A DNA stretch of 64,000 nucleotides from Mobula hypostoma (lineage: Eukaryota). The stretch spans positions 30,692,001-30,756,000 of the forward strand of contig NC_086109.1 of assembly GCF_963921235.1 (NCBI RefSeq), read 5' to 3'. The position numbers were made by a program, and so were the translations under genes. Under the pieces are notes generated by a model. The model was given only the letters and a program-made list of their open reading frames with translations, did not search any database and had not been told where the DNA came from. Shown here piece by piece: positions 1 through 12,397 of the stretch (positions within the stretch are counted from its first letter, which is position 1; each line of letters opens with the position of its first letter).

Positions 1-1120
1 GTACACTACCTCTGCTTGGAAACTAACATCCCTATCCTGGACCTTATCACTCTGCATCCCACACTCCCTACCAAATTAGTTTAAACCCTTCCCAGCAGCT
101 CTAGCAAACCTATCCACAAAGATATTGATTCCCCTAGGGTTCAGGTGTAGCCTGTCACTTTTGTACAGGTCATACCAGCTCCAGAAGGAACCCCAATGAT
201 CCATAAATCTGAAACACTGCCCACTGCACCAGTTCCTCAGCCACACATTCATCTGACAGATCATCCTATTCTTGCCTTCACTTGCACATGGCACAGGCAG
301 CAATCCAGAGATTGTTATTCTGGAGGTCTTGTTTTTCAGCTTTATACCTTGCTCCCTGAATTCTCTTTTTAGGACCTCCTCTCTTTTCCTTCCTGTGTCA
401 TTGGTACCAAAATGTACGAAGATGTCTGGCTGCTCACCCTCCCCTTTTAAAATGTCATGGACACGACTCGAGACATCTCTGACCTTGGCTCCTGGCAGGC
501 AACATACCATCTGATTCTCTCTATCACATCCTCAGAGTCTCCTATCACTCCTCTAGCAATGAAATCTCCTATCACTACTTTATTCCTCCTCTTGTCCCTT
601 CCCTTTGAGCACTAATGCCAGAGACCTGGTCACTGCGGCTCACCCTGTTAGTATCCAAATGGTATACTTGTTATTGGGAGGTATGGCCACAAGCGTACTC
701 TGTATTGGCTCCTTTTATCCGTTCTATCACCCGACAGTCACTCATATACTTGCCTCCTACAACCTAGGGGTGACTACCTCCCTGTAGCTCCTATCTATCA
801 TTTCCTCTTATGAGTTTCCTTTATGAGATGAAGGTCATTGAGTTGCAGCTCCCGTCCTTTCACATGTTCTCTGAGGAGCTACAGCTCAGAGCACCTGGTG
901 AAGATATGGTTATCCAGGAGGCTGGAGGTCTCCCAGAATTCCCACATCTCACACAAAGAACAAAACACAACCACTGGAGCCATTCTTACTGCCCTAACTA
1001 TAAACATATAGATGAAGAACGAGCAAGAAAAAAACTTACAAGACACTTATATCACCCACGACTGCTGTCGCTCAAGCCTGTTGAGCCAGAGCCAAAGCCA
1101 AAAGTCTCCCCACTCTAACA
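1..1120 (-). mobile_element. CR1-clade LINE 5' part: degenerate ORF1 (zinc finger/leucine zipper + SGNH esterase domain)
   Basis: ORF 76-510 reads CCLPGAKVRDV..VHFGTND..ISGLLPVP..DRLHLNPRG, typical of CR1 ORF1 esterase; 820-960 (-) reads SLCEMWEFWETSSLLDNHIFTRCSEL*LLREHV (zf/lz-like, with a stop). Confidence 0.85.
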
Positions 1121-1176
1121 CAGCCCCACTCCAACAATGGTCGATCTTCTTGTCCCTGCCTTATTTTTATTTGACC

Positions 1177-1506
1177 TTGCTAAGGCTTTTTCCCAGGGCT
1201 GAAATGGCTAGCACAAGAGGGCACAGTTTTAAGGTGCTTGGAAGTCGGTACAGTGCAGATGTCATGGGTAAGTGTTTTTTATGCAGAGAGTGGTGAGTGT
1301 GTGGAATGGGCTGCCAGTGATGGTGGTGGAGGCAGATATGATAGGGTTTTTTAAGAGACTCCTGGATAGGTACATGGAGTTTAGAAAAATAGAGGGGTAT
1401 GGGTAACCCAAGGTAATTTCTAACGTAAGGACATGTTCGGCACAACATTGTGGGCCAAAGGGCCTGTATTGTGCTGTAGGTTTTCTATGTTTCTATGTTT
1501 TCTATG
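1177..1506 (+). mobile_element. 5'-truncated CR1 LINE 3' end
   Basis: LFPRAEMASTRGHSFKV (CR1 ORF2 C-terminal TRGH motif), GGGCCAAAGGGCCTGT hairpin and (TTTCTATG)n tail; near-identical to 19923-20123. Confidence 0.9.
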
Positions 1507-2134
1507 AACGATTAAATCCAATTGGCCAATGTTCAAGTTCCAAAAACAAAACAGCTATGAAATGCTGATCTTTAAAGCTCTCTCCTCAACCTGGATGAAG
1601 ACACCGTTACTTTTCACCTCCAAAAATCTGATTGGCCGCTGTTCAAGCTCCTTAAATAGAGTTTGCCAAATCATGATCCATCTGCTTTATCAAGACTGCA
1701 GCTTTGTAAATTATGTTTGGCCAGCATGGCATTATGTTTTCCTTCCAAGAACTCCCAGTGACTGTGTGATCAGTGCTTACTGAAAGCTGATGCAGGAATA
1801 TTAGGAGAGAATGGCTGTATGTATGTCCTACTGGTATGGAAAAAAGAAATCTGTTCATAAACCACCCTACCACATCGAAATCCAAAAGTAACATGTTCCT
1901 TTCCTTTAATAATAGCGAGAAGCACATCACAGAGCATCTTTTTAATAGCCATTCTTCCATAAAATTAATCCAGAACAAGAACTTTCCAAATGAATGTTTA
2001 AGTTCACTCCAAGAACAAATTACTCAGGGAAAATGCTAGATAAAAGTGTTTTCTATGCCCTTTAGGAAGCCCACATTTTAAACAATGAACAAAAATTCTG
2101 CAATAAGATAAATAATTCAAAGTTGGACTCTAAC

Positions 2135-2820
2135 CATTCAAGATTCAAGATTGTGTAATGTCATTTCCAGTAAACTTTGTGTAAAGAAGAATGAAATGTT
2201 GCTCTAGATTTGATGCAGCACAATAAATATATGTAAATACATAGATAACTTATATATATATTGATATATTGATTGACTATATGGTATGTCCATAAAGTGA
2301 AGTGAGGCATAGGTGCGTCTGTACATAAAGTGACTGATAGAAAATGATAAAGTGGTGTTGGTTAGGGGTGTGGACAGGTGGGTTGGTGCATGGAGTGATG
2401 ATCAGCTTAACTGTTTGGGGAAAGTAACTGTTTTTGAGTCTGGTGGTCCTGGTGTGGATGCTACGTAGTCTCCTCCCTGATGTGAATGGGACAAGCAGTC
2501 CATGAGCAGGGCGGTTGGGTTTCTTCATTATGCTAATGGCTCTTTTCTGGCACCTTTCTTTATATATGTCCTTGATGATGGTCAGGCAGGTGCCAGTGAT
2601 GCATTGGGTAATCTTCACTACCCGTTGAAGAGCCTTCTTGTGTGCCACATGTGCCGTTTACACACCATGCAGTGATGCAGCATGTTAGGGTACTCTCTGC
2701 TGTGCATCTGTAGAATGTTGTAAATATAGATGTGCATGGCACAGCTCTCTTCAGTTTTCTGAGAAAGTAAAAGCGTTGGTGAGCTTTCCTGATTGTGTAG
2801 AATATGTTCTGGAACCATGA
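2135..2820 (-). mobile_element. Rex1/Babar-type LINE 3' fragment
   Basis: ORFs give FYRCTAESTLTCCITAW and KALQRVVK..SGRRLRSIHTRTTRLKNSYFPQ; (TCTTGAA)n tail at the left end. Confidence 0.85.
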
Positions 2821-3464
2821 AAGAATTTGTACGGTTACAGTGTGTTAACAGTTAAACATACATAACTTTTGGTTGGTCTCTGGTACAATCTTGGAATTCA
2901 CGTTGAAGAAACTGAACGTTGTGTTACTCCCATATAATATAGCATTAAGTTATGGAATTGACATCCCTGTGAGTGCTTCTTCTTTATGACGTAGATTTAG
3001 GGAAGCAGGAGCACTGAAAAGCCAGGCAAAAAGTGAAAATTTACAGGATATTCAGATCCTCAGGGCTATCCAGGCACTAGCAGACCTTGTTTGAGCATGT
3101 TTTCAGAATTACACATCATACCACTGCAGAGATGCTGGTCGTGTGTTGTAGCATTCTACAGGGAAGACCTAAAAACATCATTAAGATGCAATGCAGCACT
3201 TACTGAGGCTCAGATAGTCCCACCAGGCAGTTGATCATTCTAAGAGGCAACCAAACACTTCTGTCAAGTAGCTAAATTTACTGCCCAGTCTTCTAAAACA
3301 CAAGTAATTAGTGCCCTGTTTGTCAATAAAGCACATTCTATTACATTTTATGAACAATCCATTAATATTTGTCTGACTGCAGAGATTCCATGAATTTTAG
3401 AAGCTATATTTAGTTCTCACATGACTACATAACTTTTTTTGGCTCCTTCATTTATATAGTCTTT

Positions 3465-3735
3465 ATTTTATTTTATTTAGAGGTACAGCATGAAACAGTC
3501 CCTTCCAGCACCACCCAGCAGCCCACCAATTTAACCTAATTTACAATGACCAATTGACCTACTAACCGGTGTGTCTTTGGACTGTGGAAGGAAACTGCAG
3601 CACCCAGAGGAAACACACGTGCACACAGGAAGAATGTACCAACTTTCTTACAGAGGACACCAGAACTGAACTCCAAACTCTGATGCACCAAGTTGTAATA
3701 GCATTGCACAAACCACTATGCTATTGTGGTGCCCT
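3465..3735 (-). mobile_element. V-SINE (HE1-like tRNA-derived SINE), CR1-type tail
   Basis: Reverse strand has the V-domain-like GTTTCCTCTGGGTGCTGCAGTTTCCTTCCACAGTCCAAAGAC and tail CATGCTGTACCTCTAAATAAAATAAA. Confidence 0.75.
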
Positions 3736-4254
3736 AATGTCCATTTTACTCGCCTAATGTCCAATTAATATGTGACTACAATCATATCTTTCTACAAGTT
3801 AATGTCAAACATGTGAAGAACTGCCACAAAACTTTCAGCAGTCTTTTAGATAATGCCAATACATTGGCTTGCTTGAGGGGCCAAGAGACATTCAGTGTCC
3901 TTGTGACTCTCCAACACAATACTCATTAAGTGAAGAAATGCACCATGAGCTAAAATGCACACTCAAACATTAAGGATAAAATGATTCTTTAAACACCTAA
4001 ACAGAGATTCAGATGGCAAGTTAGAACTTTGAAAACCTTCATTAATAATTTGCAGTTTCCGTCATTGCAAAATAGCTATAGTTAAAAATGACAAAGGTAA
4101 TCACGTGGAATAAATGAGGAATGCAGAAGAGCACTGATAATCTGGAGATCCTTTAAGAATACAGTAGCTGGGTTAACTCCAATGGTGCCACTGAGCAGAA
4201 CCAGCAGGGAGCTTGGGCTGTGGTGCTTAGGCAAGGTGTGAAACGGGTAGATAC

Positions 4255-4385
4255 TGTAGATACTGGTATCCAGAGGAACAAACAATCCGCTGGAGGGTCT
4301 CTGCGAGTAGACCTACATCTGTGGGGGGAGAAGAATTGTCGACATTTCCAGTCATAACACTGCATTCTGATGCAAGGCATGAAGG
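4255..4385 (-). mobile_element. Old Penelope-type terminal-repeat remnant (degenerate hammerhead region)
   Basis: GCTGGAGGGTCTCTGCGAG..CATCTGTGG..GTCGACATTTC resembles the family seen at 8470, 21599 and 43117. Confidence 0.5.
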
Positions 4386-4824
4386 CAAATTTGTGGCATT
4401 CTCAATCTGACAAGATGTCCTGCTGCCACTATGGAAGTCTGGCTGCTTATTCATCAGATTCATTACCCTCACCATCTCCTAGTACCATTAACATTGAATT
4501 TTGTGCATCTCCTTTTGTCCTCGATGTTGCCCAACTTTAATCTAATAGAAAAATGAAGAACAAAATTAACAGTATATTGTGAAATATAAAGGAAGTTTAG
4601 AAAATAATGTTAACAGAGGACTTTTGTTGTGAAATAATGATCTTGGAATGAAGAATTCTTCACAACTATCTTTATGGTTACCTTATAGGTAAGAGAATAA
4701 TCAGAGGATAGTAAAATGTGAACAAAAGGAAAGAGGTAAAAATTGTATCAGCAGTTTTAGTGGAAATGTTGGAAAGAGAAATACAAGTTTATTCCCTATT
4801 CAAGTTTTTTTTTAATCCAGTAAT

Positions 4825-5610
4825 TATAATGCAGACTCATAAAATATACCATACTTTCCTAGAAATACAAGGTTGATCCAGTTTTAAAGTCAATGTCCCA
4901 CAAATTATATCATGATTGATCCATTATTACAGACAGGACAATCCATAATAACTGCCCAAATATAATATTACAGTATAAACAAGTAAGAACAACTTTCTTA
5001 ATAGATATAGCCATTCCAAACACACGTAACTTACAGAAATAAATAAGTGAAAACTATGGAAATATGCTGAATTAAAAGAGGAAATCGAAAGATTATGGAA
5101 AGCGAACATTGTCGCAATAGTAATAGCTACAACTGGTATCATCCCAAAGTCACGACACAATAACATTAAACAGTTAGGCCCACACGGCAATATTTATGTA
5201 AATCTCCAGAAAACCACAATATTAAATACAACTAGACTAGTCTGCGATTTCCTCACAACTGAGAGATGAGTGTGCTTGGCTATGCTTGTACCTCATGTTC
5301 TACCAAGAGCTGAGAAAAATATAAGTATAATAATAGAGGAAATTGAAAGATCATGGAACATGAACTGATGTACATTGTCCCAATAGTATTATTTATGACT
5401 GCTGTCATCCCAAAGTTATTACAGAATAGCATCTAACAATTAGGACTACACAGCAATATTTTTGTAAATCTTTAGAAAGCCACAATAGTAAACACCACTA
5501 GAGTAGTCCAACAATTTTAGCAACTGAGAAATGAGTATACTTGGCTATGCCTGTACTGCAGGTTTTACCTGCTTGAGGAAAAATATAAGTGCAGTAATAA
5601 TGATAATAAA
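4825..5610 (+). mobile_element. Two tandem 3' fragments of an R4/Dong-like non-LTR retrotransposon (restriction-like endonuclease C-terminus)
   Basis: Translates across lesions as IITDRTIHNNCPNIILQ..FLIDIAIPNTRNL..KYAELKEEIERLW (RPD..D..K..KY-type motif); 5335-5610 repeats 5077-5334; both copies end in TAA-rich tails. Confidence 0.8.
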
Positions 5611-7662
5611 GTTTGCATGCATTAGATAACCTCACAATAAATTGGGACTTCGTGTTGCTTCTACAAGTATTGGATTTCTTGAATGATGCAAATATACGAG
5701 TAAACAAGTCTTTTCAGAATAGTGTTGGGGACCATGGTAAAGGCACAAAAAACAGAAAAAAAAACTGCTAGCATAACTCGTTATCCAAAGCGGAAATTGA
5801 GCTTTAGTTTGAAGACAATACAATCAGCAATGGTGTATTGGAAAAATGCAGCCTGTCCAGAATAATAATGTGAATTTGAAAAGTGACCAGAAGACTGCAG
5901 GAAATAAGGCACAGGCATAAAATGCTAAAGCCACTGTTAAATCTGAATGCTGGAAGATCTGAAGAGAATGCTGACAAAGAGAAAGGTAAGCTCAGACAGA
6001 AAGTTGTGATATCTTTGGTAATCTAGCGATGATAACATGACACTATTGTCAGGAAGGTATTGATGAAATGTTATATTTATGTTTGCAATGTAATAGCTTG
6101 GATATCATCAAAATACATCAATCATAAGTTGAACTTAACACACTCGCTTTTTTTTATTTGAAAATGAGGAAATTGTTGAACTATTTTATGGAGTCCATGC
6201 TCCTTTAAGTGAAAAGTTCTCATGGCAACACAGAAATAATGTAAGAGAGAATGCACAGCAGAAGCTTTGAAAATTAATGATGCAGGAGGCAAGTATGGTA
6301 TTTTGAATCAATACATCTATTTCTCTGTCCCACTGTGGCAATGATTTACAGCTAATGTAGCACCAGTGGTCTGGTTCAGTGAAAAACATGCTGGTCATGT
6401 TCCAAAATAGGCGTTGTGTGGGGATAGGTCTGTTTCCCTTTGAAGTCGTTATGGACTTACCACTGGGATATTTCCAGTGATAAATTTCTGGCAGTGTAAT
6501 CATTTTTCTTTCCCAAGGGACACAATTTTATCATTTATAGAACACTGCGATTGTATGGGACAGTTTTATGTAGTTGTGATTCTCTGCTGTATTACATGCT
6601 GTTATAAAGTAAGTATTGTTTCATCTTTTACAATTTTCTTTCACTTTTACCCAAGAAGCAGTTGTAATTTCATTGCACTGTCAAACATGAGTTCATTAAT
6701 GTCAGGCAGGGTTGCTAACAAATACATCTACCTTCTAAGCCAATGATTCACTTACTTGAAGAAAAATATCCCTTTTTTCTGCTTGTATTCATCAAATGTG
6801 TCACATGATGTGTGAGTTGAACAGTTGTGCACAACTACAATTCTTTTCAGTTTTTCTTTCCAACTTTGAAAGTCTGCACATCAAAAGCTTCTATTAGTAA
6901 ATTAAAAGACTCTGCTTTTGAGACAAAGAAACTAGCAGGGAAAGATATCTAGCCAATTAAAACACATTGTTTTTAAACACTTTCAAATTTATTTTGATAG
7001 TTATTTTGAATACATAATGATCTGATGCTATATCCAGGAAGAAACAACCTGCTTAATGAGAGAGCCATTTACAACACATTATATAATAAACTTTGCCAAA
7101 TGAAATAATCAGTCCCATGCATCACTTCATGAGCTGAATTGTGCTGATCTTTCAAGCACAGGTGAAGCAATCCATTTCAGTTTTGCCCACCTTCTAAAGG
7201 CATAGATTGTCCTTCGCTAACTGGTGAACTGAGCAGTTTGCTATTTTATTTCAGATTGCATCACCTGCCCTTTTTGTGGGAGAACAAAGGAAAGGAAAAA
7301 AAAATGAAACTCTGAAGAGAACATGGAAAATGCTGAAAATAATCAAAAGGTCATACAGAATTAATGGAAAAAGAAACAGAGTTTGCGTTTTTGGCTGTTG
7401 TTGTTTCAGATATTTCAGCTGGTCTGGAGTCACATGTAGACAAGGCCAATTACTAGTGGCAATTTTTTCTTTAAAGGATACATCATTGTTACTTGGTTTT
7501 TAATTCCATGTTTAATTAATATAACTGGATTTGATAAACTTATCCATGATGTTTTTTGTCTCTTTAGATCAATGGCAGCGTGAAGAAAATATATTGTATG
7601 TAGTAAATCACAAGCACAAGAAAATCTACATGAAATCCCCTAGTTTTCTTAGCTGCATAAGT

Positions 7663-8287
7663 CTAAGGAAGACACTCTCTGGTCCCGCTAAACTCGGGAG
7701 ATTAAGATGGCTCTCCGACCCCAAACCCCGGTTTGTGTGGTTGCGGAGTAATTTGCTACCCTGTTACAAATTAGTGCCATGAAATAATAGAGAGTACACT
7801 GCATACGATTAAAGGAATTATATTTATGAATCTTAACTTTAGAGTTTGTAAAGAAAAAGCAAAAAAAGGGTCCATTTTAATTAAACAGACAAATGTGCAA
7901 AAGTTGGAGCTCATCTTGAACTTCTCTGGCACAGACATGCTGGGCCCTCGGTCTGTGTGAAAGCACACGCCACCTTCTGAAATTCGCTTGCAATCCATCT
8001 TGAACAAATGGGCTCCTTTCTGGGTTGTATCCTATGACTGGTTTTCCCCAGCGTCTTCATCTCTTCATCTCCTGCCTAACAAAAAAACCTCAAGACCAAT
8101 CTCGGTCTCCCTCACCAGAAAAACCTCCCCCCAGTTCCAGCATTCTAATTGGATGGCACACATTCCCCATCATCCTTTATCTTCAACAATAACCCAAGCG
8201 GGCTGAAAGCAGAAGAGGCTGCTCTTACAGAACTGCTAAATGAAATACCTACAGCATAACAGTAAGGATGTGAACCAGGGGATTAGA
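7663..8287 (-). mobile_element. Probable solo LTR (Gypsy/ERV-like), degenerate termini
   Basis: About 625 bp block, richer in GC/CpG than its flanks, bounded by short inverted ends TCTAA...TTAGA (resembling TGTAA...TTACA); no clear TSD. Confidence 0.45.
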
Positions 8288-8288
8288 T

Positions 8289-8607
8289 ACAGATGCTGGA
8301 AATCCAAAACAACACACACAAAATACTGGAGGGACTCAGCAGGCCAAGCAGCATCTATGGAAGTGTAGGCATGCGAAGTTTTGGGCCTCAACCTTTTACC
8401 TGGACTTTTCTTCTGATGTCACAAGGAATGTGAAAACGGATGTTCTAAAAATTATGTACCTCCTTCCATGCAACACATACAAAATACTGGAGGAACTCAG
8501 TAGGCCAGGCAGCACCTATGGAAGTGTAAGCAGTCAATATTTCGGGCCAAAACCCTTCATCAGGACTGGAGTCCTGCTGAATTCCTCCAGCATGTTGTGT
8601 GTGATAC
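8289..8607 (-). mobile_element. Two Penelope-type terminal-repeat mini-elements, the second with inverted ends
   Basis: CAACACACACAAAATACTGGAGGAACTCAG.. occurs twice; minus strand of 8531-8569 reads CCAGTC-CTGATGA-AGGGTTTTGGCCC-GAAATATT-GACTG; 8573-8603 is the inverted copy of the start. Confidence 0.8.
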
Positions 8608-8924
8608 TGTAATATGCAGTGCTAACTGAATAGGAATATTTTGTCAGGGCAATGGGGAAAAAGCAGGGGAGTGAGACTAGCTGGATTAGTCTTACATACA
8701 TCTGGGACAACTTGGCAGGATGATTGGTTTCCTTTCTAGCTGTGTCCTTTCTGTGATCTATTGCCATCACCTGTTTATATTTATAGTTGTAAGCAACTAG
8801 TATTTTGAGGTTAGAGGTTCTTGCCAGGATGGAGGGCAACAATATTATAGGATTAGGAGAAGCTCAGAAATAATCACAACATAATTTATCAGAAACATAC
8901 AGGAGTTGACAAGGTGAGTTCTTC

Positions 8925-9275
8925 ATTTAAAGTCATAAAGAGATACAGCACCGAAGCAGGGCCTCTGGTCCAGTAAGTCCATGACAGGCACCAAACACCT
9001 ACTTATACTGATCTTACATTAACCCATTTTATTCTCCCCATTTTCCCATCAGCTTCCTTCAGATTCTGCCACCCATTCCACACTAAAGGTGCGTTACTGC
9101 AGCCAACTAACCTATCACTGTACACATTTATCGGATGATGGCGTGCAATTGAGCACCTGGAGAAAATCCACATCATTACAGGGAGCACATGCAAACTCCA
9201 TCCAGGTAGCACCAGAGGTCAAGGTTGAAAGGTCTCTGATATGGTGAGGAAACAGCTCTACCACCTGTGGCACTT
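8925..9275 (-). mobile_element. V-SINE (HE1-like), degenerate
   Basis: GAGCACCTGGAGAAAATCCACATCATTACAGGGAGCACATGCAAACTCCA is the reverse of the V-domain; tRNA-like head near 9200-9275. Confidence 0.7.
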
Positions 9276-9495
9276 TGCTGTGTCAAGAAAGAAATAGAAC
9301 TGCAGAGAACATGACACACAGATCTAAATTAGTTCAGATCTAAATTTAGTGTAACTCTAAAATCATAAACCTCATGGTAGTTATTTTTATCAGTACCTGT
9401 TTAATAACGATTCTAGAGAGCTGTGCACCAGGTATCATAATCTGCTGATAAATTTGACGTAAGCACTAACTGAAAGAAGAGATAAAGAAGCGATA

Positions 9496-9595
9496 GTTAG
9501 TCCTGATGAAGGGTCTTGGCCCCAAACGTTGACTGTAACTCTTCCTACAGATGCTGCCTGGCCTGTTGTGTTCACCAGCACTTTTTGTGTGTGTT
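9496..9595 (+). mobile_element. Hammerhead-bearing Penelope-type mini-element (GAAA mutated to CAAA)
   Basis: TTAGTC-CTGATGA-AGGGTCTTGGCCC-CAAACGTT-GACTG..GATGCTGCCTGGCCTG. Confidence 0.8.
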
Positions 9596-9686
9596 ACATA
9601 TACAAGTGCCAGTTTTAATAGGAAATTCATAAATACATCATGACTGATCTACTTGTTGGTATATTTTCTTTTAAAGATAAAGATTA

Positions 9687-9997
9687 AAGATTAAAATCTG
9701 TCACAAGCCTTGCGGCCCATTAGGCCGGCCACAAGCCTTGAGGCCCATCAGGCTGGTGCTTATGCCTATTTCCGTGGCGTGAAGTGACTGAGAGTACGAG
9801 ACTACCCCCCCCTCCCCCCGGATAGGACGCCGGTTAACCCCTAGCATTTGCCAGTACCGATTTTCAGCTGGGTAGACTGGAGCATTGTTTGGCTATGTGC
9901 CTTGCTCAAGGATGCACACGCTGCCTCGGCCGAGGCTCGAACCCAAGACTTTCACATCACTAGTCCAACGTCCTAACCACTTGGCCATGCGCCATAC
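9687..9997 (-). mobile_element. tRNA-derived SINE with CORE-like segment, flanked by a 14-bp direct repeat
   Basis: Minus strand: A-box TGGCCAAGTGG, B-box GGGTTCGAGCC, then CCTTGAGCAAGGCAC; AAAGATAAAGATTA at 9673-9686 and 9998-10011. Confidence 0.75.
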
Positions 9998-10011
9998 AAA
10001 GATAAAGATTA

Positions 10012-10320
10012 GATTAGCTTTATTTGTCACATGTACATCAAAAACATTCAGTGAAGCACTTCATTTGCATAAATCAAATGTACAAAGATTGTGCTGGACT
10101 CCCCACAAGTTTTGTCATGCTTCCAGTGCCAACATAGGACACCCACAATTTAGTAACCCTAAACGCATGTCTTTGGAATATGGGAGGAAACCAGAGCACC
10201 CAGAAGAAAGCAACGTAGTTATGAGGAGAATGAAAAAACTCCTTACAGAATTGACCCCCGATATTACAGTTGGTGCTCTAAACCATTGCGTTAATCACTC
10301 TGCTGGCATGCTGCCCCAAC
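10012..10320 (-). mobile_element. V-SINE with Rex1-like 3' tail
   Basis: TCTTTGGAATATGGGAGGAAACCAGAGCACCCAGAAGAAA (reverse V-domain); tail GATGTACATGTGACAAATAAAGCTAATCT. Confidence 0.75.
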
Positions 10321-11777
10321 TTCTAATCTCAGGTTGAATGCTCAATGCATTTTCAAAAATTGTAAATTCTATGTGTATTAGGTAATTGTTTTATAGATTT
10401 TAAATTTATAATTGAATATTCAAAGATAAACGAACAGTGTTATGTTCACATCACTTTCTGCTATATAAATAGAGTGGACAAAACTATATAAAGCTATATT
10501 GATGCCAGCTGGAAAACAGTAAACTCTAATTTATCAGAGCGTTATACATCTGGAATTCTCATGCACCCTGCAAACATTTCTAAGAATATTAATGAATTTA
10601 TTTTCATGAAAATAAGCACAAACAGTGAATTTTATTTCGAGTGCTTTACAAAATAAGTGTGAAAAGATTAGTCCATATGCATTTACACATAAGACCAATG
10701 CAGTCAGAGGCAATTAGCAGCTACACCTTTTTGAAAATAAGACAATTTATGTAACACTGAATTCAGTTGCTTATTTGATACATTTCAACTTCAAATAAAT
10801 TACAAATTTAAATCATTGAATTTTAAAGGTTTGTGCATAGGACACTAATATGGGATGTACAGTTTTCTTTATAAATCAGTAATTCACATGCCACCTGCAT
10901 GTTTGTGCACCCAGCAGTACCCAATTCCTTTGACTGGGATATACTAAGCATACTGAGGAAGAATATCAAATTCTTAGAACGCAGAGATAATGAACTACAT
11001 TATTGCCAAGGTTAAAACAGCTCCTTTGCATTAAGCAATTATATTTATTCTCCTTAGATCAAAGATGTTTTTTGTAGCCGAATTGTTTTATTAAATTGGA
11101 CGTTGTCTTCTCACTCTCCTACCCAACATCTCACCAAGAAGTGAATGTATTTATTGTTTCTACGTCAATCTCTATCTAACCGTCTGAATTTTCCATAGAA
11201 ATAAGTTAACAGAACTGGAGATACGCAAACATGAGGAAACACGAGGAAGGTAATTCTTTCTTCATGACAAGCAGCACTTCCAGGGTTTGTCACTTACCTG
11301 TAACTATCATGTCCAGACAGTTTAATACCAAAAGTTTATGAGAATTTATTTTCCAAGCCTTTCTATTTTAGCTCTGCTATTAACCTATTTATTGTCTGTC
11401 CACGATACAACAATAGGAAACAAATGAAGCAGTAACAACCTGTTCTATTATATCTGATAGATACTTGTAATTGTTTCTCCGCAAGTGTTGTCATACATGA
11501 CAGCACCAAGGAATGACAAGTTAAAGTGAAAGTGATGGTCATTATTAATTTCATCCTGATGGCCAATTTGTCTGATATCATTGGACTGGACTTAAAGGAT
11601 TGAACTGGAAAGCAATAGCAGGAAAATAATTAAAGATGGCGAGAATTTCATTCATTGAGATGTCGATCATTTATTCAACTTCCTACCCTAACCAACTAGA
11701 TTGGAGTCACTGCTGATGAGTAATTCTTGGACTTGTTCACTTACTTCTCATAATAGGGAGAAAAAAAGTTCTTCTAT

Positions 11778-11890
11778 CTGGAAGAAGGGTCTCAGTCCGA
11801 AGCGTCGACTGTTTATTTAATTCCATAGATTCTGCGCAGTTCCTCCAGCATTTTATGTGTGTTGCTCTGAATTTCCAGCATCCTCTTGTG
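11778..11890 (+). mobile_element. Degenerate hammerhead-bearing Penelope-type mini-element
   Basis: GAAGAAGGGTCTCAGTCCGAAGCGTCGACTG..GTTCCTCCAGCATTTTATGTGTGTTGC. Confidence 0.7.
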
Positions 11891-12029
11891 CTTATAGGTT
11901 GGAAGATTTGGGAGAATCGAAATTGGACACAGTCAGACTGAGATGAACTACATTTAATGTATTATATGTTGAATATAGATCTCATCCTACATTTCTGCAT
12001 CCCATTGTTATAAGACTATTGAAGAGGTC

Positions 12030-12395
12030 CCTAGTATGATAAGATGGACTCCTGGCATCACAATGTACCTTGTTATGACCTTGTACCTCCACTACTCTCC
12101 TGTAACTGCAACTCTTTGTTCTGCACTCTTTTGTTTTCCCTTGTACTACCTCAATTCACTGTTCTAATGAATTGATCTGTATGAAAAAAATACAAGGGAA
12201 TTGTTTCACTGCATCTCACTGCATGACTTAAGGGTTATGGGGAAAATGCAGGAAGGTGGAGGTGAGTCCATGGTAAGGGCAGCCATGATCTTATTGAATG
12301 GAGGATCAGGCTTGAAGGGCCAGATGGCCTATTTCTGCTCTTATTTCTTCTGTTCTTACATTCTTCTGTGACAGTGATAAATCAATTTACCAACT
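12030..12395 (+). mobile_element. Rex1-type 3' UTR interrupted by a short CR1 3' tail (about 12228-12367)
   Basis: CR1 tail AAGGGTTATGGGGAAAATGCAGG..GAAGGGCCAGATGGCCT matches 47163-47312; the flanks resemble Rex1-type UTRs ending GTGACAGTGATAAATC. Confidence 0.6.
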
Positions 12396-12397
12396 TA

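Noticed and set aside
76..510. Host GDSL/SGNH lipase gene
   Set aside because: Context (upstream zf/lz with a stop codon, no splice structure) fits CR1 ORF1 esterase, not a host gene
8289..8607. CRISPR-like or regularly spaced repeat array
   Set aside because: Repeats are irregularly dispersed, in both orientations and diverged; eukaryotic TE termini, no cas genes
9925..9997. Functional tRNA genes (also at 16950, 20459, 47047, 57785)
   Set aside because: A/B boxes run into SINE bodies and tails; no complete cloverleaf evident
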